From an uncultured virus (IMG/VR IMGVR_UViG_3300042865_001090) (taxonomy: Duplodnaviria > Heunggongvirae > Uroviricota > Caudoviricetes), in the IMG/VR virus record IMGVR_UViG_3300042865_001090: a stretch of 64,000 nucleotides of DNA; one strand, 5' to 3'. Under the pieces are notes generated by a model. It saw nothing but the letters and a program-made list of their open reading frames with translations, was not told where the DNA came from and did no database searches. This document shows, piece after piece, positions 55,611 through 64,000 of this stretch. A program made the position numbers and the translations under genes. The stretch's first letter is position 1, and each line of letters begins with the position of its first letter.

Positions 55611-58600
55611 GTGGCTAATTCATATTCCAATTTCGCAGAACGCAGGATAAACAACCTGTCCAAGAATGGCGAATTAGAAATAGGTTTCATTCCCAAAATA
55701 GAGACCAAGGCCGAAAAACCAGAAGTAAATAAGCCTCCAGTAAAATATTCAAACCCGTATGAAGAATACATAAAGACATGGGAGCCGGGGGACGTAATAC
55801 CGCTTGTTCCACCAGGCAAGAGAATGCATTTTTGCACTTTCAACCCAAATATGCTGGATACAGATTCAACATTTTTTAGGTCAACACACAAACATTCCTC
55901 TCCGACGAAATTTAAATCGGGTGAACTGAATGACATCGAGTACAAGGTCCTTGGAAGGAAACTAAAGGACAGCCTTGACTCGCTACTGCGAAGAGCAGCC
56001 AAAACAAGAGGCTTATGGGTTGACGATAAAAACAAGCTTCGCTGCCCTCCGGGAACACCAGCTGCAAACCAATTTACAGACATAACTGGCTCTAACTGCT
56101 TCATACCGTCACCAAGAACTGCCGCACAAAGTGGAGCTCGTGCAGTGCGTAGAGCAACAGCTGGCGCAACCCAGATGTCAACCCAGGTTGGCGGAAGAGT
56201 TGCTAGTGGATTCGATGCAGCTAGAGCAAACGCTGAACAAATTAGAGAACTTGGTTTTGAAAGAGTTCAAGAAGCAATGGGGTACGGTGGCAGAATTGCG
56301 CCCACTCCACAAATGGTTAGCGATACAGTCTCGGGAGCCATGAGGGCTACGAGGTTTGGTCTCATACCAAACCCTTCAGCGAGAACTGGAGGCAAGCAGC
56401 GTGGAGCACCGAAGGGCGTCGGCAACAATGTGTGGCAGCTTGGATTAAAAGAACAAGTCTGGAGAGGCAGAAGAGCCACCGAACTTGCTCGCTCCACAAG
56501 GGATAGATTTAATAACCCAAACCGACCAGACGGACTAAGACTCCCACCGAGTCAGAACTTCCCGGCCGGTAGACCAATCGGCGACATAAGCCAAAAGGCT
56601 CAATTCGTTTCCGCAATGGCCGAACTATTTCCAAACGTTCCACAAGCAGAAATAGAAGAAATGTTTGACCAAGCAATTCCAATGAGCTTGAGCAGGATGG
56701 AAAGGTCAAAACTGAAGGCATCTTTGATTCAATACTGGTACTCCTGGATGGAAAATGCAATTGCAAATCCAGAGCAGGCAAAATGGGTTACCTCTTTCGC
56801 GATAGATACGGAAATGGGGTCAGCGTTCGAAGTTAGATTTGATGCATTTGCTCCCTCGCCTTCAACGGGAGGAAGAAGAATTAGCCAAGCAGCATCAAAC
56901 GCGGCTCAGGGAAGAACCGCAGAACAGGGTGGACTTCAGTTCTCCCTTGTTATGAATCCATGGGAAATGTGGTCACAGGTAAATCGCTCGGGCTTTGACA
57001 GAAATGGTCGAGCAAATGGAGTCGCTGATTCTGTTGAGGGTGACATGCACTATTTGGCCAACCATGAGTGGGGCCACGTTGCGCACTTCTCGAGTGTTAT
57101 GGAGACACTTGGATTCCAAACGCAAAATCTTCAGAGATATCCGCTTGCACAAACACTCGTAAAACCACAGCAGGGTGGTCCCCAGTGGCAAAGACAGAAA
57201 CAAGTCAATGCATGGATGATTGACTTTAGGCAAGCTGCGAATCCAACAGGAAACAGAAGTATTCAGCTGTTAATCGACTCAGCAAACAATCTAAGCAGAA
57301 GGCAATATATTCGCTCTGGAAGTTGGGGAGGTTCGACCGGGTACACAAGGCAAGACCTGGAGACCGATTTAAACAATTTTCATAATGCGCTAGCTGAGGC
57401 AATTGAAAACAACATCACCGATGATGCTGACGACCAGGAGTTGATGAGACAGTTTTCTGGTGGTGTTTATGCGGCAACATCAAACATAGAAGCCCGCGCA
57501 GAGTTCTTCGCATCCCGAAGATTGTTTGGAGACCCGGTACTAACAGGTGGGCAAACAGGAATCCCATCCACGGTTGATGAGTTCGCGCGAACAATGGCTT
57601 CAGCCCAGGGAGCCACACGGACGCAGGCACAATACCGTTCCCAGATGGACGACATTGGACAGAATGTTTTTAGTGTTCCTGGAAACGCATGGAATATTAG
57701 TGGTCGCATGGCTGGTTCTGGATTGCCACAACAAAGGCCAACACTTAAAACACAGGCCGTCAGAAGAGCTGTAGACCAAAACTATCCACGAAGCAATAGA
57801 AATAGGAGTTCCTCGGCTATTACTGGAGCAATGAGGTCATCCTCATTACAGCAGAGAACCACTTCTTCTCGTGACTGGAAAAATCAAGACACGATAAGTT
57901 CAATAAACACAAACAGGCCATTCACCGAAGAGCGTCAATCGCTGCCGGGAATGCTGCAATCAGCATTGGGAACTCAGCAATCATCTACACCAATCGTTGG
58001 AAGGATGTCCCCGCTGGTGCCAACAACGGTCACGGGTGTTAGGAATCGTTTCGATGGCAGCAGGTCTGGTGATGTCGACATCAAGGTCCACGAAATAAAC
58101 GGCGAAAAAATAGTATTTGATAATCCCGACGCAATATCAATCGATGACTCATCAATAAAAATTATTCCTAAAAACCCATTTGAGATAACCGGAAAATCCA
58201 GAACCAGTAAGGAAGGTCGCGAATATTCAGAGAAGTGGCTCAATGCCCATCTAGGCAAAGGAGACATGGATTCGAATGATGTCGACGCCCTTCTGTATCG
58301 AGCATCACGCGGTGACACGGAGGCAGCAAAGGAATTCGATGGTTTAGCGGAAAAAGGAAGCAAGCGAGTCTCTGAAGCAGAAGGAAAATTGTATGAACCC
58401 ATCGAACTTGATGAATACCAGGAAAGAACAATAACCCGAGCTGGTCTTGAGGATTTGAGCCTAGATGACTTGTATGTTGTACATGAAACAAGTTACGAGC
58501 CAGAAATTGATGAAAATGGAGACATAAGCATCTCTCCTCGTTCTAACTTTGAGGAAACAACTGAATCCGGAAAGAAGGTAAGGGTTCCTCGCCACACGAT

Positions 58601-61600
58601 TCACTTCGCATTAAATCACCTTGTTGGTGGACATATATTTAGGCAGCGCTCAGAAAAAGATACGACTATCTTAATAGCGCCACTGTCTCAGGTGCTAAGA
58701 GACAATCCAGATTCACTCGACAATCTATATACGCTTGATACTGTTCTTACACCAAAACCTGGTGAGGGGATAAAGCTCAAATCAGGAAGCTTCCGAAGAC
58801 TCACTGGTACACCAGACAAAGAAGCAACAGAAGAGGCTGTTCGTCAGCAGCTAAACGAAATGGGTGCAACAAAGATTTTTAAAGCAGAATCAGCAGAGTC
58901 TTCAACTGACGCACAGGATTTAGCAGTCGGCAAAATAGCCAGGCAGCTGAGAACCCAATCGGGATTGCACGCAAACATCCCAAGCGGACAGGTCGAGCAG
59001 TATTTGATTCGCCAGGCTGGAAGTGGTGGTAGCGCTGAAGTGACGCTTCCGCCTAGTTGGGTGGCCGGAATGAGCAAAAACCATCGCCAAAGACTTGGTG
59101 ATTCAAACTTCTGGAGCGATGCGAAACCAGCCCCAATCACCGGCTTTATGAGAAGCGGCTCGACCCCACAAGCAGGACAGAGCAGAATCAAGAAAAACAA
59201 AGACGGTGTGCCTCAGTACCCACGGACGCCAACCTACGGTCCAATGCTCGGTGAAACAGAAAATATTTTTGCTGGAGTTAATTCTTGGGAAGAATTTAAA
59301 CAGAGATATAATGACCAGGAAATAGTCTTTCTTGATTATGAAACAACTGGTTTAGTATTCGACAAATATGGTCGCGCTACGGAAAACGGAAATCCGGTAG
59401 AAATAGGCGCAATAAAAGTAAAAAACGGACAAGTAATAGACAGATTCAACACATTTGTCAATCCGGGAAAGCCTCTGCAGCAATGGTCTAAAGACAACTT
59501 GCGCGACGCAGACGGAAACCCCCTCACTGACCAATACCTACAGGGGGCTGAGTCTTTGGAGTCTGGGCACAAAAAACTTGTTGAATTTGCTGGACCAAAT
59601 GCAATTATGGGTGTTCAAAACGCCGCATACGACAAGAACGTACTTGAAGACACTCTCCGTGAAGCGGGAATTGAATGGCAAGCAAGGGGCTGGATTGACC
59701 TCAAAGATATGGCCGGCATGACACTCCCAAGGTACACAGATGAAAATCCGGATGGACCACATAAGACAAATAAAGATGGAACAAAATCACCATCCAATGG
59801 ACTTGCGGACATAACAAGATACCTCGGGGTCCCTCTTGGCAAAGAGCATCATAGAGCAGACAAAGACGCTGAAGCAACAGCGGAATCAATGCGTCTTTTG
59901 ATTGATGGTGCAATTGAAAAGAATTGGTCAAAAGACGCTCTGGATAGAGCCAAGCGAAGTGCGTACGTCAAAAAAACACAAGACGATTTTGACTCAGATG
60001 TAAAAGAATGGGAGTCCGAGCTTGCAAAGTACTTAGGTGATGGAGTGTCGGGAAAGATGTCGTCATCACCTGCTTTGCGCTCTGCTCCACAGTTTGGCAG
60101 AAGACAGTCTCGTGAGTTCTATAGCTCGGTACCAAACAGTAAATTATGGAGACCGGAAACTCTCGAGCAAAGCGAACCATCACGAATTGCGAAAAGACAA
60201 GAAATAATCAAAGACATCAAAGGATTCATAGAGTCTGGCGATGGCGACGCAAAATACATGTCTGCAATGAATGGACTTGACCCAGAATTTGCTAACTACA
60301 TGCGCAATACCGAAGACCGCGAGATTCTGGCAGACCTTCGTCAGGCAGCAGTTGAATTTCATGCTGGCATCGACCAGAGACCACGTCTAAACGTAAACAC
60401 TGCAGAACTTTCGAGCTTAATGGAAAATGGGCTACGAAGAGACGATTCAGGCAAACCGCGACGTCTGTCAGAGAGAGTAAAAGCCTACGAAGCAGACATT
60501 GGAATTTCTCCAGACCTTCCCGACGCAGAACGCCCAATAACTGGATACATGGTGCATTCCGATGGCGACTTCGCTGAACAAGAGGCTTCATTTAGGGAGT
60601 TTTCTAATAAAGTTGATGTCAATTCTCCACGTTATAAGTTTGACCTTTTTAAGTCAAGTAACGAAAATCGCAACAATGGTTTCAATTCTATTTTTGGTGA
60701 TGCTGAAATAATTCTAAAACCAGAAACCGGCCAAAGGACAGCTTACGGCAACGGTGACGCCCTTGATAATCACATATTTCCTGTCCTGGCAAACTCAACA
60801 GATTCTGACGAAATAGGTCGCGCACTCATTGACCCTAACGGAAGATTTGACGAACGTGAATCAAATTCCATCGAACTTCTCTATGGAAAATTTAAAAATG
60901 ATTTCAATGCCTACAGAAAAGATAACGGTCAAACTCGTCCACGGATAAGCGGAGCATGGGGAAATAGGGACGCCCTGATTATGGGCGGAATAGAGCCGAG
61001 TGATATCGAAGAGGTGAGGGTTCCGTTTAATTCTCTAGATATTACAAACTCAACCACGCCGGAAGAATTTGCAAAAAAACCAAGAGAACTTAAGTACTTA
61101 CCCGTTACTGAGTATGTAGACGAAGGCCCTGCGATTGCTTCCTCCGGCGCAGGAGCACCACCGCCGCCACCACCGCCAGATGACCCTGACAACAACATGA
61201 CAGACGAAGAAATTTCTAAAATTCAAGAAAAAATGAAACGGAGTTTTGCGGCCACAAAAGAAGAGCAAAAAATAATCGAAGATATTTTGTCTGGGTTAGA
61301 GCCAATTAATGCGATACCCAAAAATTTAGCCATACGAATTGACAACGTTAACGAATACAGGAAAATCTCAGACGACTTTAGAAATCTAAGAAGAATTGAA
61401 GAAGCCGAAAGACTTCAGAGATTAGCGAAAGCAAGAGGTTTTAATCTTGCAGTAACCAATGACTACGGATTGGACGTATTTGATGGGCGCTCATTCTCAA
61501 GTAAGGCTCCCAAGTCAAAAACATCAAAAGAAGTTATTGAGGCAAAAATAGACAAGCAGATAGAAGAACTTGTTGAGTCAATGCGTCAGGCAAAGTTCAA

Positions 61601-61691
61601 AAACATTAAAAATATTTCTGACTCCAGAAGCAGACTGGAAAAGATACAGGAAGAGTTTGATAAACTCACAGACGGCAGGAATGAAAAGTGA
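55611..61691 (+). CDS. 2026-aa polyvalent protein: zincin metallopeptidase, unknown domain, DEDDh 3'-5' exonuclease, DUF3626-like domain
   Basis: HEWGH...YAATSNIEARAE; IVFLDYETTG, NAAYD, HRADKDA; ERPITGY...FGDAEIILK...RTAYGNGD...IMGGIEPSDI. Confidence 0.75.
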   Translation: MANSYSNFAERRINNLSKNGELEIGFIPKIETKAEKPEVNKPPVKYSNPYEEYIKTWEPGDVIPLVPPGKRMHFCTFNPNMLDTDSTFFRSTHKHSSPTKFKSGELNDIEYKVLGRKLKDSLDSLLRRAAKTRGLWVDDKNKLRCPPGTPAANQFTDITGSNCFIPSPRTAAQSGARAVRRATAGATQMSTQVGGRVASGFDAARANAEQIRELGFERVQEAMGYGGRIAPTPQMVSDTVSGAMRATRFGLIPNPSARTGGKQRGAPKGVGNNVWQLGLKEQVWRGRRATELARSTRDRFNNPNRPDGLRLPPSQNFPAGRPIGDISQKAQFVSAMAELFPNVPQAEIEEMFDQAIPMSLSRMERSKLKASLIQYWYSWMENAIANPEQAKWVTSFAIDTEMGSAFEVRFDAFAPSPSTGGRRISQAASNAAQGRTAEQGGLQFSLVMNPWEMWSQVNRSGFDRNGRANGVADSVEGDMHYLANHEWGHVAHFSSVMETLGFQTQNLQRYPLAQTLVKPQQGGPQWQRQKQVNAWMIDFRQAANPTGNRSIQLLIDSANNLSRRQYIRSGSWGGSTGYTRQDLETDLNNFHNALAEAIENNITDDADDQELMRQFSGGVYAATSNIEARAEFFASRRLFGDPVLTGGQTGIPSTVDEFARTMASAQGATRTQAQYRSQMDDIGQNVFSVPGNAWNISGRMAGSGLPQQRPTLKTQAVRRAVDQNYPRSNRNRSSSAITGAMRSSSLQQRTTSSRDWKNQDTISSINTNRPFTEERQSLPGMLQSALGTQQSSTPIVGRMSPLVPTTVTGVRNRFDGSRSGDVDIKVHEINGEKIVFDNPDAISIDDSSIKIIPKNPFEITGKSRTSKEGREYSEKWLNAHLGKGDMDSNDVDALLYRASRGDTEAAKEFDGLAEKGSKRVSEAEGKLYEPIELDEYQERTITRAGLEDLSLDDLYVVHETSYEPEIDENGDISISPRSNFEETTESGKKVRVPRHTIHFALNHLVGGHIFRQRSEKDTTILIAPLSQVLRDNPDSLDNLYTLDTVLTPKPGEGIKLKSGSFRRLTGTPDKEATEEAVRQQLNEMGATKIFKAESAESSTDAQDLAVGKIARQLRTQSGLHANIPSGQVEQYLIRQAGSGGSAEVTLPPSWVAGMSKNHRQRLGDSNFWSDAKPAPITGFMRSGSTPQAGQSRIKKNKDGVPQYPRTPTYGPMLGETENIFAGVNSWEEFKQRYNDQEIVFLDYETTGLVFDKYGRATENGNPVEIGAIKVKNGQVIDRFNTFVNPGKPLQQWSKDNLRDADGNPLTDQYLQGAESLESGHKKLVEFAGPNAIMGVQNAAYDKNVLEDTLREAGIEWQARGWIDLKDMAGMTLPRYTDENPDGPHKTNKDGTKSPSNGLADITRYLGVPLGKEHHRADKDAEATAESMRLLIDGAIEKNWSKDALDRAKRSAYVKKTQDDFDSDVKEWESELAKYLGDGVSGKMSSSPALRSAPQFGRRQSREFYSSVPNSKLWRPETLEQSEPSRIAKRQEIIKDIKGFIESGDGDAKYMSAMNGLDPEFANYMRNTEDREILADLRQAAVEFHAGIDQRPRLNVNTAELSSLMENGLRRDDSGKPRRLSERVKAYEADIGISPDLPDAERPITGYMVHSDGDFAEQEASFREFSNKVDVNSPRYKFDLFKSSNENRNNGFNSIFGDAEIILKPETGQRTAYGNGDALDNHIFPVLANSTDSDEIGRALIDPNGRFDERESNSIELLYGKFKNDFNAYRKDNGQTRPRISGAWGNRDALIMGGIEPSDIEEVRVPFNSLDITNSTTPEEFAKKPRELKYLPVTEYVDEGPAIASSGAGAPPPPPPPDDPDNNMTDEEISKIQEKMKRSFAATKEEQKIIEDILSGLEPINAIPKNLAIRIDNVNEYRKISDDFRNLRRIEEAERLQRLAKARGFNLAVTNDYGLDVFDGRSFSSKAPKSKTSKEVIEAKIDKQIEELVESMRQAKFKNIKNISDSRSRLEKIQEEFDKLTDGRNEK

Positions 61692-62032
61692 AAAAGTACC
61701 TAATCGCCAAAGTCGGAAAAACTGGGAATCTCTATTTTGTTCCAGATGGCGACAGGTATAACGGCCTGTTTGTTGACGGCAAGAGATTATCCCCAGTTCC
61801 GCTGTTTTCTTTTATTGAACGACGTAATGACATCTTCCCAGTTATGAAGACCAACAGACAGAAACGTTTCTGGAAGCTAGACTTCAGGGATAGTGACTGG
61901 TCCACTAGGCACAACACGGAAAACCCCGGAAAGATATCAAAGAATCCTTATAATAAAAAAGCTTTAGATTTTTACGACCAACTAGAGGAAATCCAGCCAG
62001 TCCGCAAGCCAGGATTTCGGAAATCTAGTTGA
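61688..62032 (+). CDS. basic hypothetical protein
   Basis: GTGA overlap with the giant ORF. Confidence 0.55.
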   Translation: MKKYLIAKVGKTGNLYFVPDGDRYNGLFVDGKRLSPVPLFSFIERRNDIFPVMKTNRQKRFWKLDFRDSDWSTRHNTENPGKISKNPYNKKALDFYDQLEEIQPVRKPGFRKSS

Positions 62033-62104
62033 CATGTATTTAAATCACAGTATTTTGCGTACAATTAAATTCAGGGGTTTATTCACTGGTTGCAAGGAGA
62101 CCAA

Positions 62105-62749
62105 ATGAGTCTGGTCAACAAAATTATGAATGGCGATGTCCAAATTGCCGTCGACACAAAAGCAGCAGGACCTGCTGGCGCCATAATACCTCAAGAAAAT
62201 ATTACCGGTGATGTACTCAGGGGGTATGGACCGCGCAGGGGCAATCTTGAGCGCCTCCTTCGTTACTGGAGACCAATTATGCGCAAGCCTGGCGGGTTCA
62301 GGAGATGCCGAGTAATTCTTGCCGACCACCCAGAGCTTTACCCACTTGAAAGAATATGCGCCTGGTTGCATCACGAAACAACTGGTCTGTGGCCAAATGA
62401 AGGGTGCCACCACCCAGGAATGAAAAACTGTCGCAAGAAGATGCGCGGGGTTGTTCGTGGCTCACTCTACTCTGACCAGGAATTCAACAATAGAATGCGC
62501 AAACTGACATCGCGCAGTGGCAGGAAGGCTGTAGAATTTACGGGTATACGCTCGGTTGATGAGCCCTTTTCCCCAGTCATCACGCAGGATGATTGGACCC
62601 ATGCAGTGAAAGTATTACAAGATTTCATAGACATGGAACCGGACTTCGTTAAGTACGTGGAAGACGAAAAAAACTGGGAACACGTCGATGGGTATGTTAT
62701 CGATAAAAACGAATTGGAGTCGCTAGATGCGAACAATATTGAGTTCTGA
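62105..62749 (+). CDS. head-module hypothetical protein
   Basis: AAGGAG SD; LLRYWR...GGFRRC...CAWLHHETTGLWP Cys/His motif. Confidence 0.6.
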   Translation: MSLVNKIMNGDVQIAVDTKAAGPAGAIIPQENITGDVLRGYGPRRGNLERLLRYWRPIMRKPGGFRRCRVILADHPELYPLERICAWLHHETTGLWPNEGCHHPGMKNCRKKMRGVVRGSLYSDQEFNNRMRKLTSRSGRKAVEFTGIRSVDEPFSPVITQDDWTHAVKVLQDFIDMEPDFVKYVEDEKNWEHVDGYVIDKNELESLDANNIEF

Positions 62750-64000
62750 TTGCTGCCCGTCCCAGGAGATTGTAAAAGTTAGACATATTTCTCCGTCTTT
62801 CGCACTATCTAGAACTAACCTTTTTACAGCGCCAATTTATTCTGTCAACGAAAGAAAATCAATTATTGATTTCAAATGCGCAATGCAGCGCAGAGGCGTA
62901 AAAAGTGCTTACGAAATAAAAGTCGGAGCGACTGGCTCGGACAGCAGAATTCTTCAATCTCTCCAGGGACTTGGTTCTGCCGTTACTCCGGGAAACTTTT
63001 CCAACGTGCGAAGTCCTGTTAGGTCACGAATTTACTCAGCTCTCACCCCGGGTGGTGGTCGAGGAGTTCCTGGTGGATTTGGCGCACTCAAGCCAGAGCG
63101 TGGATATAGATGTCCAGAAGGGTATCAATTCGGTGGAAGATTTACTGACTCACGTTTTTCTACATGTGGAAAACAACTATTCGACCTTCCTGGAATCATA
63201 GGCGCAACAATCGCCTCTGTTTTGCGTGGCTCTCGTCGTAGCCCATCCTTCCAGGATGTCGGTGGCACACGTGTTAAGCCAGTGTCTGTGGCTGGTGACG
63301 TAATCCAGTCGCGCGCGCCACAAATTCCAAAAGTTACTGGTGCTAACAGACAGCGCAGAAATCGCTCCGTCGATGACATAGTCGGACAGATGTCGCAGGT
63401 AAATGAAGCCTACATGAGAATGGTGCGGCGCGACGGCTTCATCTTGGAGCCGGTAGTTTCTCCTGCAGTTCTTAGGACAATCCCCGACAACAGAGATATG
63501 GAAGGCGCAACATTCCTGATGAATGCTTTGACGTCGGATTCAATTGGTGGAGAAGAACTTGGAATGCTTTCGAATACCGGCATTGAAAAACTATCCTATG
63601 TCCTATCTGGAGGTTCAACTGTTTCCATCGGGAAAGCTCGCCCGCTAACAGTTGGAGAACGACGCAAGCTTGGTAGAACTGTGGCCACGGCGGAGAAGCT
63701 GCGTGCCAATGATGACCCGGTTCAAAAATTAAAATTCATCGCAGAGGAAATGGGCGATGGAATATCTTATGAAGAAGAGTTTAAAGGAATAAAAAACCCG
63801 AATGAAATCATTAAAGTCAACCTCCCAGCAGGTGCTGGCAAGCGAACAATGCGCAGGTGGCATTATGAGACTTTCTATCGAAAGAAAAAGAAGTCAAAGC
63901 AGTCCGCTCGCTCCACAGAGCTAGAAGCAATTCCCGAAGACGATAAAATCAAAGACCTTGCTTCTGCGGTCCGTCACCTTAATAATGGTGGTTCGATTGA
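62727..64000 (+). CDS. large head-module protein, truncated by the window end (not in the ORF track)
   Basis: GGAG-N7-ATG at 62727; open to 64000; contains GYRCPEGYQFGGRFTDSRFSTC. Confidence 0.75.
   Translation, partial: MRTILSSDCCPSQEIVKVRHISPSFALSRTNLFTAPIYSVNERKSIIDFKCAMQRRGVKSAYEIKVGATGSDSRILQSLQGLGSAVTPGNFSNVRSPVRSRIYSALTPGGGRGVPGGFGALKPERGYRCPEGYQFGGRFTDSRFSTCGKQLFDLPGIIGATIASVLRGSRRSPSFQDVGGTRVKPVSVAGDVIQSRAPQIPKVTGANRQRRNRSVDDIVGQMSQVNEAYMRMVRRDGFILEPVVSPAVLRTIPDNRDMEGATFLMNALTSDSIGGEELGMLSNTGIEKLSYVLSGGSTVSIGKARPLTVGERRKLGRTVATAEKLRANDDPVQKLKFIAEEMGDGISYEEEFKGIKNPNEIIKVNLPAGAGKRTMRRWHYETFYRKKKKSKQSARSTELEAIPEDDKIKDLASAVRHLNNGGSI

Noticed and set aside
59320..59900. Stand-alone dnaQ / DNA polymerase III epsilon gene
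   Set aside because: The DEDDh domain is embedded in-frame in the 2026-aa ORF with no polymerase domain
1529..63379. The many short overlapping or antisense ORFs in the six-frame track
   Set aside because: They are shadows of longer, motif-bearing genes and have no SD or recognisable motifs

Overview
The window is a 64 kb piece of a large tailed phage genome with a contractile tail (myovirus-type). Several leaderless TAnnnT-N7-ATG starts suggest an actinobacterial host, which is an inference. From left to right: (1) a fibre/receptor-binding region in which six genes carry 8 seven-bladed beta-propellers built from 56 near-identical ~40-aa blades with hypervariable loops, interleaved with glycosyl-, methyl- and sulfotransferases; (2) five tandem 2OG-Fe(II) oxygenases downstream of a Pro/Cys-rich FN3 protein; (3) a minus-strand baseplate, tape measure, tube, sheath and neck module with a -1 frameshifted chaperone; (4) a recombination/nuclease block (ParB-like, RuvC, HNH, PD-(D/E)XK, Sak) and terminase; (5) a divergent, very expanded head module with a portal-MuF fusion, an 872-aa prohead protease and a 2026-aa multi-domain protein. 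The most striking unannotated signal lies in the 330-nt gap at 44006-44336 between HNH and RuvC. It holds two back-to-back predicted small-RNA units. One starts with 17 nt perfectly complementary to 23S rRNA helix 69/70, and the other carries a near-perfect complement of the 16S rRNA 3' tail. Together they suggest phage anti-ribosome guide or antisense RNAs. All product calls come from motif recognition by eye; no database searches were run.
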